Shown: positions 49,585 through 61,935 of the stretch, in pieces
How the letters are laid out: every line of letters begins with the position of its first letter
Numbering within the stretch: the first letter of the stretch is position 1
Assembly: GCA_964270895.1 (NCBI GenBank)
Contig: OZ185436.1
DNA length: 64,000 bases
Source of the DNA: Podarcis filfolensis
Lineage: Eukaryota
Reading direction: 5' to 3' (one strand)
Made by a program: the position numbers and the translations under genes
Notes under the pieces: generated by a model
Databases searched by the model: none
The model's input: the letters and a program-made list of their open reading frames with translations, nothing else
Told to the model about the DNA's origin: nothing

Positions 49585-49680
49585 GTGAGTGTTACACTGA
49601 AAGATGGCAGTTTTTCAACTCTTTAAGCAGTCATCCTTTTAAACTATAAATGCAATTGGTGAATTTCTTTTTCTGTTCAG

Positions 49681-49733
49681 CTTGCACATGGACTGAAGCT
49701 GACCTTTGACTCCTCATTCTCTCCTAACACTGG
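49681..49733 (+). CDS. VDAC1: VDAC1 exon 5: LAHGLKLTFDSSFSPNT-G
   Basis: 53 nt, TTCAG| and |GTAAGG. Confidence 0.98.
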
Positions 49734-50169
49734 GTAAGGAGTGGGTACATTCATACAGTAGAATAACCTTTTTGTTGCTGTTAGTTGCCTGCTTAATTTG
49801 CTTTATCTTTCCAATCTGGGCTGCATTAGTGATTATCCTTTGTGTCTGAGCATCTCTCCCCTTTTCATGAAGGTCTTTTCTTTTTGCAAACTTAAGTGTG
49901 GTGCTATTTAAAATAGTTATTCACTTGAGCCAGTTGTCATAACTGCTGCTAATTTTGGCCTAAGATGCACATGTGGGTCTTATAAATGCAAAATACATCT
50001 TCCAACAGCCTGCAGTGCAAGGTCTGTTTAGTGCTACTTAACAGTGTCTCACTCTTTACCACTAAGTTGTGCTGCTTGGGACGCCTCGTCTTCCCCTGCC
50101 CCAGCTGGATTTCTGGTCTCCCTTCTTGCAGGCTGTAACGCTAGATGCCTTTGGTTGGATGAAAGGTTT

Positions 50170-53100
50170 TTTTTTTTTTTTCACATTTAATTTTTTATTA
50201 CTTGCATCAAGAAAAAGATTAAACAAAAGAATTATCTACACACACATGAGCTAATAAAAATAGAAATCATACACAATCATACACCACTAAAGAGAAAAAA
50301 AGTAAGAACAGAAGAAATATAAAAGAAAAAAAAAAAAACTTAATTTTCACATTTACTCCTTCTTAAATTAACACTTTCGGGACTTCCTTTAGCTTTCCCG
50401 ACAATCATTCGAAATAATACTTTAAGCTACGCATTTCTTAGTAAATATTGTCATTATACTTTTTTATATTTATTTCTTAATATATACTATTCATTATTCG
50501 TTATACATTATTTGTACTCCTATTATCTTCAAACAATAACTCATATTCACTTACAGTGCATCTCTAAATCCCCTTAGCGTTATTTTCCCTTGACTAATAA
50601 GTTCCAGATAATCCACATACTTTCCCCAATCCTTGGTAAATTTTTGGTCTCTTATGTATCTTACTTTACCTGCAAGTCTATCCATTTCCATGTAATCTAG
50701 TAGTTTAGATCTCCACTCCTCTACCGTTGGTATTTCCTGTCTTTTCCACATCTGAGCAAGCATTACTCTTGCTGCTGTAACTGCATAGTACACTAGTTTA
50801 CAATCTTTTTTCTTTATCTCATGGCCTAACATGCCTAATAAGAAAAGTTCTGCTTTCTTTGAGAACGTATATTTTAAGATCTTCTTTAATTCTATATAAA
50901 TTTTTTCCCAGAACTGCTTCACTATTCCACACTCCCACCACATATGGTAGAAGGAACCCTCACTAACCCTGCATTTCCAGCATTTATTATCCACCTTATA
51001 CATCTTTGATAATTTCATGGGTGTTAGATACCATCTATAAAACATCTTCAATACGTTCTCCTTTATCATTGTACAGGCCGTAAAATTTAATCCTTCATTC
51101 CAAAGTCTTTCCCAATCTTCAAATAGTATACTATGTCCTACGTCCTGTGCCCAGCGAATCATCACACATTTAACTTCCTCATCTCCTAAACTCCAGTCTA
51201 ACAGTATCCTATACATTTTCGAAACAGTTTTCTCTTCTTTATTTATAATCTCCATCTGAAACTTGGATTCCTTCTCTCCATAGCCTCTCTCTTTAAGATC
51301 TTTCTTAAACATCTGATTCACCTGGAGATGGTGTAGCCAATCGAAAACATACTCTTTGACCTGATCGTATGGTCGGACCTTCCATTTACCGTCTTCTTTA
51401 ATTATTAGCTGATTATATCTTGCCCAGTTACTTCTCATATTAATAGCCTTTACGCACATTACTTCCAGAGGTGAAAGCCAATGTGGCGTTTTTGGTTCCA
51501 GCAAGTTTTTATATTTTTCCCAAATTTCAATTAGTGGTCCTCTAAAAATATGATTTCCAAACCCCCTGTGTATCCTCCATTTTTCCCGCCATAAATAGGC
51601 GTGCCAGCCGAAGTTGTTGTCATGACCCTCCAAATCCAATAACTCCCTATTCTCCAACTTTACCCAGTCCTTAACCCAACTTAGGCAAACCGCCTCATAG
51701 TATAACTTCACATCCGGCAATGCGAAACCTCCCCTTTCTTTTATATCTGTCAATAATTTAAACTGAATCCGCGGCTTCTTTCCCTGCCAGATGTATCTCG
51801 AGAGCGTTCGTTGCCACTCTTTAAAAATTCGGCTTCCTTTAATTATTGGGATAGTTTGAAACAGAAACATCAACCTGGGTAATACATTCATCTTAATTGT
51901 GTTAATCCTGCCCCAAAATGACAGTTTTAACCTCCCCCATATTTCCAAGTCTTTTTTTATTTCCCTCCACGTCGGTTCATAATTATTTTTAAATAAATCT
52001 ATGTTCTTAGGTGTTATCCAAATACCAAGATATTTCACTTTTTTGACTACCTCTATTTGTGTTTGCTGTTGAATTATTTCTGTGGTTTTCTGATCTAAGT
52101 TTTTGCTTATTATTTTGGTTTTACTCTTATTTAATTTGAACCCTGCCACCTCTCCAAATTGCTCTAATTCTTTCAATATTTCTTCCATTGCAGTTGTTGG
52201 TTCCTCTGACATTATTACAACATCATCCGCATATGCTCTGATCTTGTATACATTCTGTCCGACCCACACTCCTTTTATTTTTTGGTTCTGCCGTATAGAA
52301 TTTAATAGGACTTCCAATGTCATTATGAACAGAAGCGGGGAGAGCGGGCAGCCCTGTCTCGTTCCTTTTTGTATCTTTATCTCTTCTGTCACTATGTTAT
52401 TAATGATCAATTTGGCTTTCTGGTCTGTATATATAGCTTTTACTCCATTAAAGAAATCTTCCCCCACCTCCATATATTCTAAATTTTTCAGCATAAAGTC
52501 CCAAATGACATTGTCAAATGCCTTTTCGGCGTCTACAAACATCATTATAGCTTGTTTGTTAATCCTAACAGATAAGTACTCCAACATATTGATTATATTC
52601 CTTGTGTTGTCTCTCATCTGCCGACCTGGCAGGAATCCTGCTTGATCTCTGTGAATATTTTCTGATAACAACCTCCTCAACCTTCTCGCTAGGATCCCTG
52701 CAAAAATTTTATAATCTATATTCAGCAGTGAGATCGGTCTATAATTTTTGACCTGGGTTAAATCCGCGTCCTGTTTAGGAATGAACGTAATAAATGCCTC
52801 CCTCCAAGTCTCTGGGAGTTCTCCTTTCCTTAGAATATTATCCATAATTTCTTTCATAGGTCCCATCAATACAGTTTTCATCTCCTTATAATAACCTGCA
52901 GTAAATCCGTCTGGACCTGGGGCTTTTCCTCTCTTTAGCTCTTTTATTACATCTTCTATTTCATCACTTCCTATTGGGGTATTTAGTCGTTGTTTTCCCT
53001 CCATTGAAATTTTCTGCACCCCTTTGTCCCTCAGAAATCTTTCTATTCTCCTTAAATTAGTTCTCTCCCTGTTAGAGTATAGTCTTCTATAGTAGTCATG

Positions 53101-53265
53101 AAACTCTCTCCTAATTTCTTTGGGGTCTGTTTTCTCTTCCTCTCCTACCTTTATTTTATTTATTGTACTCCGTTCCTTCCTCTTTTTTATTTGCCAGGCA
53201 AGCCATTTGCCTGATTTATTTGCAAACTCAAAGTTTTTTTGTCTTAATTTTTTGATATTCCACTC
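50170..53265 (-). mobile_element. young 5'-truncated L1 (~3.1 kb) antisense in VDAC1 intron 5
   Basis: Perfect 17-bp TSD GGTTGGATGAAAGGTTT (50153-50169, 53266-53282). Poly(A) tail seen as a T-run at 50167-50181. ~370-nt 3'UTR and an intact ORF2 remnant. Confidence 0.96.
50551..53265 (-). pseudogene. L1 ORF2 remnant (reverse transcriptase + CCHC domain, endonuclease missing)
   Basis: 822-aa ORF with YRPISLL, QAGFLPGR, DAEKAFD, GTRQGCPLSPLLF, YADD, YLGI and CWKC...FYHMWWEC. I translated 53020-53265 by hand and the same frame stays open to the truncation point. Confidence 0.93.
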
Positions 53266-55355
53266 GGTTGGATGAAAGGTTTCAATGCTGTGGTTGTTTC
53301 CTCCATGTTATGTGGGCCAGGAGGATTAAGCAGCTGGGAGATTATACGTACTTAATATTTCTGTGTGTGCGTCTTCATTTTTATCATCCTTTCTAAATGC
53401 TCCTGATGTCAGAATGTTGTGCAGCTAAAAGTAGTGCATTGCATTTCTAGTAATCAGGGATGCATTCATTAGGTATGGTGTCCCTTTCCTGAGTTGTGGA
53501 TGTTCAATCTCAGAATGATTACTGAGTATCTGCTCCATAGCCTCCAGATTTGGCTTTGCAGCATCATTACAAACTCAGGTTTTACTAGCAGTGCTTACCT
53601 GGATGGGAATAAAAAATGTAAAATGACAGAGCACCTTTGCTAAAAGTACCAGGGGTTAATGTGGCATCCACCTTAGCACTGATACAAAGCTCTAAATCAG
53701 AGATCTACTAAAATTATTAAATTAAATAGATTCTTTTAATTACTGGTGTGATTTTAAAATGTCCATTTGGGGAACTAGCCATTTTAAGACCCAATTTAGA
53801 CATGGTGTTAAATGCACCTCTTGGTTGTTGCATATTTTTTTGTTTCAAATTGGGGTGTGTGTGATTCGATTTGGGGACTGCGGAATGTAGGAAAGGAGTG
53901 GTTTCACTCCTTCCTCCTTCACCATTGTGCTAAATAAAATTCCTCTCTGCAGAGCTGCTATTCACCCAAGACACAGGGAACATTGATTTTCATCAGAACC
54001 ACAGTGGCAAAGAAAAGAATCGCCTCCCCACTCCGACATCACAGTCCTGATGAAAACTGGTCTCCCTGTACTTGCCATTAGCAATGAAAGGACAAAAGTT
54101 GCCACAGCATGTTGTGTGTTTAGTGTTGCATTAAGTGTGGCCCTTTGCAACCCAGTTTCAGAAATTGCATTTTCAAAACAGCTGAATTACTGATAGCAGA
54201 GTGAGGAGGTAAGACACAGAGGTAAGACATCTTAAAGGCAGGTAAGACACAGAGCCATAAATCCCCTTTCCAAGTGAGTGGGTATTGAGAGGAATGCTTG
54301 TGTGGACTGGACTCCAGTGACAGGTAATCCTTTCCGCTAGGAGTCCTCCATTCTGTCTCCATTCTTGCCTTCCTGCTGCCTCATTGGTGGCACAGCAGAA
54401 ACCACACAAGGGAGTGATAAACCTCAGTCCTGTCATTCCCTTGGTGCAGGTGTCTGCAAACTTTGACTGACCTTCATAACCAATCAAAATGTCACCACCA
54501 GCCACACCTCTCCCCTGACCTGGTACCTTGGAGCACCTCTGAAGCTCAATATGAGGTCAAAGTGTCTGTAACATGCCCTGGGGGCCCCCACTGCCCCCAG
54601 TATTAGACAAGCCTCTCCGGGCATTGTCCGGTGTTGTGCTCCCCCAGGATGGACATCAATCTTCATCCCAGAGCACTCAGCGACACAGGTCAGATGATCC
54701 TGTGTATGCTATTAATCAGCAGAGTCTGCAGTGATGACTGGAAGCATGAATGTGAGCTTTCTTAGATTTATTTTGCAATATTTACAGGACAAATCATAAT
54801 GGCGTCTGCTCTCTTCTTCAGCAGCAGACACAGAGAGAAAAACACAGTGTAACAGCACAACATAACAGAAGAGATAAGATGTAACTTCCATCCTCAGACT
54901 TTCCCAGCTCGGGAAAGTAAACACAGACATGTGACTTACCAGTCATATATCAGCAACAGAGGAGTGATTTGCTAACACAAAGGAGACCCCCCCCACCTTT
55001 CACATTGGGATGGGATAACCTGTCCCTGATTTCTGCAGAGGTGCTAAGGAAAGCTGTACAGAGGACCCTGGCTTCCTGCATGTTGGGATAACACCCCAGC
55101 GTAGCCACTGGCCAGTGGGGAAAGATGCTGCTCTCCTTTTATAACTGGGTCCCTTGATGGAGTTTGGGAGTTGAAAGAGAGGGTGTGTGACATGCCTGGC
55201 AAAGAAAGCTGGGGAATGGCTAAGGAAGTTTTCCCTGTGGCTTCCAAGCAAGACCGCAGGGCGGATGGGAAGAGAAGAAGGCAGCTTTCCTGCGATGCTA
55301 GTTGGGACTGTTCAAGACTGTCCCTTTCTCCATCAGTGCTACACAAGCATCCTTT

Positions 55356-55760
55356 GGGGAGGGAGTATAGTTCAGAGGTACAGCCTGTGCTTCACATGCA
55401 GAAGGACCCAGTTGAATGCCCAGCACCAACCTAATGGTCTAAGGCAGCAGTTCTCAACCTGTGGGTCCCCAGATGTTGCTGGACTACAACTCCCATCATC
55501 CCTGATCACTGGTCATGCTGGCTAGGAATGATGGGACTTGTAGTCCAACAACATCTGGGGATCCACAGGTTGAGAAACACTGGCCTAAGGGTCTAAGTAT
55601 AAGACTGTTTCCTATGTTCCTTGCATGCACAGCAACTCCAGCTAGATCAGATAACAGGTAATGGGAAAGTGCTACCTGAGACTCTGATGAGCCACTGCCA
55701 GTCAGTCTAATCAGTTCTGGGTTAGATGGGCAAATATTCTAGCCTAATATTATGTTTCCT
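55356..55760 (+). mobile_element. degraded Squam3-like SINE interrupted by a hAT MITE
   Basis: tRNA-like head at 55356-55430 and body CCACTGCCAGTCAGT...AGATGG at ~55690-55735. Confidence 0.5.
55445..55582. mobile_element. palindromic hAT MITE (same family as 29066)
   Basis: Inverted arms TTCTCAACCTGTGGGTCCCCAGATGTTG. TSD GTCTAAGG/GCCTAAGG. Confidence 0.88.
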
Positions 55761-56461
55761 GCCCATATAAAGCTCCTTAAAAAACACACCACACTGTTCA
55801 GGAGTTACAAATGTCAGATCCGCATGTCCTTTCAATTAATCCCAGGGAAAATGGAGGCAGGCCAGCATCCCTTGAATTAATTATGTGGTTAAGTGACACC
55901 ATTTATATAAATGAAGTAGTGAAAGTGTTGCTTGACAAGGACTGGTGTGCGTTACTGATAGCACCTGCCTTCAGTGAACCTTGAACTGTGATCTCTCGAG
56001 GTGGCTCTGATGTTTGCCTCTTCTCCAAACTTGAAATGGAGGCACCGATATGTGAAAGAGGGATATGTCTGCTGATTAATGTAGCAGTTACCCTCCTGGG
56101 GTGCATGTCATGTCGAACCACGAGCTGTTACACCTGGGGTTTCGGTCTTGGATCATCTCAGTGTTCCCATTGGCTTCAGTGTGAATATCCAGGTTAAAAT
56201 AAGGCTGAAGGAATTGAGAGGAAATAATGTGGTTGATTAATAACAGGTGAAAAAGTAGGTCCTTAATTTAACCAGCATGTGGAAGGGTGCCTGGTGATAA
56301 AGGCATTGCAAGTAAAATGTTTGCCAACCATCAGTTTTGAGTCAATATCTTCAGGTAATGTTCCAAATAATTTTCCTAACCTACTGCATTGATCATTAGT
56401 CTCCTGTATTGAAATAGTGCAGTGCCTATTTCAACAGCTCAAAACAGGACTGGTTGCTGGT

Positions 56462-56595
56462 TAGAATCATAGAATTGGGACCTCAAAACCATCTAGTTCA
56501 GTGCCCTGCTGATGTAATAAATTTGTTGCTGTAGTTTCCATGTTAGGTGGCCATCCAGTTTTTGCTTTAAAATCTCTAATAATGGAGAGGCTGAA
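56462..56595 (-). mobile_element. degraded CR1 3' fragment
   Basis: Begins TAGAATCATAGAATTGGGACC...CATCTAGTTC, the antisense CR1 terminal repeat. Confidence 0.55.
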
Positions 56596-57033
56596 AAAAT
56601 TGGCCTACTTGTTTCAGACACCAGGTGCATGATGAGGTAGCATCTTAAGATAGCTTATGCATGGTGACTATAGCCTGTCAAGCGGCTCAGCATACAGAGA
56701 AAGAGGTTAATTTGTGTTGGCAGTCTCCATGCTACCGTTAAAGGTTTCTGGTGGTGGCAAGAACATAAGAGAAGCCTGCTGGATCACGTCAATGACTCAT
56801 CTAGTTCAGCGTTCTGTTCTCAAAGTGGCCAACCAAAATGCCTCTGGAAAAACCACAAGCAGGATCTGAGCACAAGAGTACTTCCCTCCTGTAGTTTCCA
56901 GCAACTGATATTCAGAAACATTTCTGTCTCCAGCTGTGGAGAATGCATGGGACTGGTACATAGCAGCGAGGGGGAAATAGCTTTAGAATGCATGATTTAA
57001 AATGAATACTATAAAGCACGGTTTTCCTTTTAG

Positions 57034-57261
57034 GAAGAAGAATGCTAAAGTCAAGTCTGGATACAAGCGGGAACATATCAACTTGGGCTGTGACATGGAT
57101 TTTGACATCGCTGGTCCTTCAATACGTGGTGCCTTTGTCTTTGGTTATGAAGGTTGGCTGGCTGGTTACCAAATGACTTTTGAGACTGCTAAGTCCAGAA
57201 TAACTCAGAGCAATTTTGCTGTTGGTTACAAGACTGACGAATTTCAGCTTCACACCAATGT
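57034..57261 (+). CDS. VDAC1: VDAC1 exon 6: (G)[76 protein letters not shown]
   Basis: 228 nt, TTTAG| and |GTAAGT, phase 2 to 2. Confidence 0.98.
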
Positions 57262-57841
57262 GTAAGTACTGGCAAGACTGCATACTGGGAAAGTGTTGTA
57301 AGAAAAAAAAATCCTGTCAAGTTGGTGAAAAGGAAGGTGGAACTGTTTCTTTATCAATAACTTGGATGCTTTAAACATCACTATGTGCTTTGGTAGGAGG
57401 AAGATTGTATTTTCACTTATCCAAATTTATATTTATTCAGATATATAGGACCTTCCAGATCATTTCTAAATCCAGATCTCCAAAACCCAGATGAAGGGTT
57501 TGGAGACCGGGGTTCAGAAATGATTTGGAATGGATGACAGACTTAAGTTCACACTAGTGTATTGAAGAAATAAAAAATGTGGATGTTGTTAATATATTTC
57601 CTTCATGTGTTTTTTTAAGCACCATATACAATTGATTGTAATTTAGACTGCCCTTCATCCTGTAGGATCTCACAGTGGTATACAAATGATGAAAAGCTAA
57701 ACAATATAAACATTAAAAAAGTAAAAGCGCAGCATCCAACCATTAGAACAATTCAGCAGCAAATCATAAACATAACCATGCCTAGGCTTGCACACTTCCC
57801 ACAAATGACTGTACAAAAAAGTATGAAAAATGTTCTTACAG

Positions 57842-57992
57842 GAATGATGGCACAGAATTTGGAGGTTCCATTTATCAGAAGGTGAATAATAAGTTGGAAA
57901 CTGCCGTCAATCTTGCTTGGACAGCTGGAAATAGCAACACCCGCTTTGGAATAGCTGCCAAATATCAAATTGACCCAGATGCATCTTTCTCT
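57842..57992 (+). CDS. VDAC1: VDAC1 exon 7: (V)[50 protein letters not shown]
   Basis: 151 nt, TACAG| and |GTGAGT. Confidence 0.98.
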
Positions 57993-58767
57993 GTGAGTAA
58001 CATGTGGACACTCATTTTCATTGAGATTTATTCTGTTACAGAAGTTGACTGCTTAATTCTCCTGGAACTCCAAGACCATTTAACAGAAGCAGCTCAGCAG
58101 GTGGGGTGGAACAGCTATGCCAGCTTCCCAGCAGGTGGGTTTCTGTTGCTTCCTGCAAAGGGCAAGGTGGTGGGGAGGTTGGTGCAGTGCAAAAGCACCA
58201 GCAGAGCCAGTCCTGCACTTCTGCCAATGCACAGACCTTCCTGCTGCCCTCGCTTCCCCTCCTGGAGAGCAACAGCAACCCATCTGCTGGGTCACCTACC
58301 TCACTTGGTAATCACTGCTTCCTCTTGCTTCACGTATCAAGCGAAGTCCAGGCAAGGAAAGCAGCCCTGAGAGAAAAGCGACACTTGCACCTCAGCACCT
58401 CTCATTAATACAAATTCTTTTTTGTTTCCATTTGCTTTCCCTTTAACGTCACCTTTCTTGATTTATTTCCCCTAGTTATTCAGCTGTATTAGATACATTG
58501 GGTGTTAACAACATGGACTCGTCGATAAGAAACAAGAAAACAGATTGTATCTGAGCAATACAGCTTTGTAGATCTAGCACTTTGCCTAGTTACTCATAGT
58601 GAGTACCTGTAACTACCACCACCACATGTCTTCTCACTGCTGCTGGGCAGAGATGTGTATGCAGCTGCCGTAGCTTCACTCAGTGCTGTGCTATGGCACT
58701 GAATTTTGGTGTCATGCAGGGCGCTGCTGATATTTGAAAGCCCAAAGTCTGCCACTGGGCAAGAAGG

Positions 58768-59012
58768 AGGAGAGGGCCTTCTCGGTAGTGGTATCCGCCC
58801 TGTGGAATACCCTCCCATCAGATGTCAAAGAAATAAACAACAACCTGATGTTTAGAAGACATCTGAATGCAGTCCTGTTTAGGGAAGTTTTTAATGACTG
58901 ATGTTTTAATGTATTTTTAATCATTTGTTGGAAGCTGCCCAGAGTGGCTGGGGAAAGCCAGCCAGATGGGCAGGGTATAAATAAAAAATAAATTATGATT
59001 ATGGTTATTATT
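58768..59012 (+). mobile_element. L2 3' fragment
   Basis: Colinear with 44095-44310 (CTGTGGAATACCCTCCCATCAGATGTCAAAGAAATAAACAAC...). Confidence 0.85.
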
Positions 59013-59254
59013 AATTTGCAGGGCCACATGTCCCCTATGCCTGACATATAGGGTTGTGTCCAATGTTAGTTCTACTCTGAGTAGCCCCATTGAAATGAAT
59101 AGACATGGCTAACTTAAGCCCATTAATTTCACTACTCCATGTAAAATTTAATTGGGTACAACTCATTGCTTGACAATCACATCTGAGTCATAACATTTTT
59201 TAATTTTTATTTTAAATCTCTGCACCTGAAAAAAACTCAACATTTTCCTTCCTG

Positions 59255-59372
59255 GGGATGTTTTATGGTGTTTTTAATATTCTGTTGGAAACCACCCAGA
59301 GTGGCTGGGAAAACCCAGCCAGATGGGTGGGATATAAATAATAAATCATCATCATCATCATCATCATCATTA
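59255..59372 (+). mobile_element. L2 3' tail with (TCA)n
   Basis: CCCAGAGTGGCTGGGAAAACCCAGCCAGATGGG followed by (TCA)n at ~59345-59370. Confidence 0.8.
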
Positions 59373-60165
59373 ATTATTATAGCCCCACATGTAGCCTCAG
59401 TAGCACAGGATATGGTGGCTGTGGCTCTATCCTGCTCATTCCACTTGTGAACTGACATGGCCCCACTGGGGAGGGCAATGGGGACGGGCAGTAGAGGCAT
59501 GAGGGCAGGGTGAAAAGCAGGATCCAATAGGCAATCAGAGCTGTGGTAGAAGTTGACGACCCCTTTCATTAATTATTTCCTTGGTTGGAATAATGCATGA
59601 CGCACCTGCAGTAGCTATTCTGGAGAGTGGAAAGCGAGGGCTCTCCTGTTCAAGGCCAGCCTTTCCGTATTTTGGCTGCAGTATAGAGGCTGACTGGCAA
59701 CTGGATGACTTGCAGAGAGCTTTTAAAATGATTCCTGGCAGCAAAACATCATGCTTAGCCTTAGGTTCAAATTTATAAATGGGTGGGGTAGGGTATAAGT
59801 TTCCATTTGCTTTCCTTTTACACTGGCAGCATGCCAACATCCTAAGTTCATTCTACTTGTGCCATTTGAGCTGCAAGCCACAATATTGTACTGATCACCT
59901 GGAGAAAACGTTTGTTCAGCAAAAGTAAAGAGTTTGTTAGGAAATGCATGAGTAGTCTTTTGCACATTTAGCTGACGGGGATGGGCAGGGCGGGGGGAGA
60001 CCTGTTGAACTCAACAAGATCTGCGTTTTCAAATAAACATCTACATGCTTTCCGAATTCCCAATTTCCTTCCCCTGAGCGAATAAACTGTCATTTCTGTT
60101 TTCCACAATTCTTTTTATGATCTGCAACAAGAACTTTGAAAGATATCTTCACTTTTGTTTTTCAG

Positions 60166-60223
60166 GCTAAAGTGAATAATTCCAGTCTGATTGGTTTAGG
60201 ATATACTCAGACTCTGAAGCCAG
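60166..60223 (+). CDS. VDAC1: VDAC1 exon 8: [20 protein letters not shown]
   Basis: 58 nt, TTCAG| and |GTACGC. Confidence 0.98.
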
Positions 60224-60926
60224 GTACGCATGGAATAGAATTGTATTCGATTCTGCTGACCTTTTCTGTCCAAATGGTTATGGTAGAAAATGACATGCGT
60301 GCTTTTGTTGTATGCTTGTGCTGTGTGGAAAGCCTGATTATTCTTCAACCCTAGTGATCAATTCTTTCAGGCTTTATTTTTATCTAAATTTCAATTCTTG
60401 TGAAGGCGACTGAATGCCACTCCATCTGATTTTTATATTTTTTCCTGTACTTCCTCAGATACATTGCCACTACAGTGCCAAAAACATTAAATCTAAATTG
60501 ACAGAAAAAGCTGATCAGTCTATGTAAGAATTATGGATAATTGATCATGCTTTATTGTAGTCATTTGCTTGGATCAAATCTAAAATACTAAAAGAGGGTG
60601 AGTCAAAGGACAGTGTTGCTAATGCTTGACGTCACATGGAATGGCGAGCAAATAGCTTAGTGAGGTTTCTTGGTAGTTGTATTGAAGTTTTGGAACCACT
60701 GTCCTATATCAGGAAAGTATTGATTAACCCTTTATATCCATTGTATGTCTAGTTCTCATGCATCTTTCAGATAGGCTTCCCATATGACCAGAATTTCCCA
60801 GACATAGCCAGAACACAGCAGTCGGAAACTGTGTCTGGGCAGAAATCGCTGTCAGATTGTATGCATTGCCCTTATGTTCCTAAGTATGAATGCTCATATC
60901 TTCTCTCTCCCTGTTTTGCTATGCAG

Positions 60927-61018
60927 GTATTAAATTGACATTGTCAGCTTTGTTGGATGGGAAGAATGTCAACGCAGGTGGCCACAAACTAGGTCTAGGA
61001 CTGGAATTTGAAGCATGA
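60927..61018 (+). CDS. VDAC1: VDAC1 exon 9 coding part: (G)[29 protein letters not shown]
   Basis: 92 nt ending in TGA. The eight exons sum to 852 nt = 283 aa + stop. Confidence 0.98.
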
Positions 61019-61935
61019 AAGAAGGAATTGTACCACCGTTATTTCTGGTGATTAATTCTGAAATACTATACAGCATAGATACCTTCCGAATTTAGTGTAC
61101 TTTTCAATGTTTTATGTCTGGGATGCAATTATTGCCATGTGTCAGTCATGTTGAACCTGGTTAAAGAAGGCTAAGCTTCAAAGTGTGTGTTTTCAGAGAA
61201 GGCCGGTGATGATTTTTTTTCTCCAGTTCCAGGCCTTTGGGGGAATGTTGCTTATTAGAACGCCATACTTACCAGCTATTAATATGAAGGCCTGATTCTT
61301 GTCTTGAACCTTTTTCTTAAGATAATGCTTCCTGAAATGGTTGAAACATTTGGAATTCATGCTATGAGAATGCCAATCCATCCAAGTGCTCGGGAAGCTC
61401 CTTTTCCTGTCACTTGAATTAGCAGGCTTTCATTCTGTGATGGAGTGTTCAAATTTGTCTGATAAGGGGCTGCTCAGGCAGATGCATCACACACGTTTAA
61501 GTCTTACTTAGTTCTCCCTCCTACACCTTCAGCTCTCTTCCTACACCAACAGCTTGTCCTTGGAGTGCTTTAGAGTGTTCACTTCGTATAACTTTGGCGT
61601 GTAGAAAGTTTGATGTGACTCAGCCAACACCACTTAAAAATCACACCCCCTGTTGTGGTTCTTTCCCTTGCACTCATTATGGAAAAGCTTGTACAACAGA
61701 GCCATAAGCAGGGAAGTCTTTTGTAACTGTAATCACCTAGTGACATTGCATTAAACAAGATGGATTTTGTTTCTATCACTTCTTCTCTCTCTTTTTAGCA
61801 GTTTAATGGTTACATCTTCAGTCTTCCATCTTTTTTTTGTGTGGCATTAGACCCCAAAATGCTGTACTGGACACCACTTAAAATGAAACAAACAAGCAAA
61901 CCCAACTTGAATAAAACATTGAAACTTCATCTCTA
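61019..61935 (+). other. VDAC1: VDAC1 3'UTR
   Basis: Runs from the stop codon to just past AATAAA. Contains blocks I recall as similar to the mammalian VDAC1 3'UTR. Cleavage site approximate. Confidence 0.8.
61910..61915 (+). terminator. VDAC1: canonical polyadenylation signal of VDAC1
   Basis: AATAAA followed ~23 nt later by a GU/U-rich element (TTGTGTCTGTTTTCC). Confidence 0.85.

Noticed and set aside
49395-49649. 84-aa ORF over exon 4 (also ORFs 49111-49323, 57002-57265 and 60136-60354 over other exons)
   Set aside because: Alternative-frame or intron-extended readings of VDAC1 exons. The spliced model explains the coding signal.
52103-52645. 180-aa + strand ORF
   Set aside because: Antisense shadow of the L1 reverse transcriptase frame.
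54728-54860. C-box-like GTGATGA in intron 5 (possible C/D snoRNA)
   Set aside because: No CTGA D-box or terminal stem at a suitable distance.
48094-61018. Alternative identity as VDAC2, VDAC3 or a pseudogene
   Set aside because: MAVPP start with no N-terminal extension, a single Cys, 283 aa, intact GT-AG introns and a VDAC1-type C-terminus (LEFEA) all indicate a functional VDAC1.
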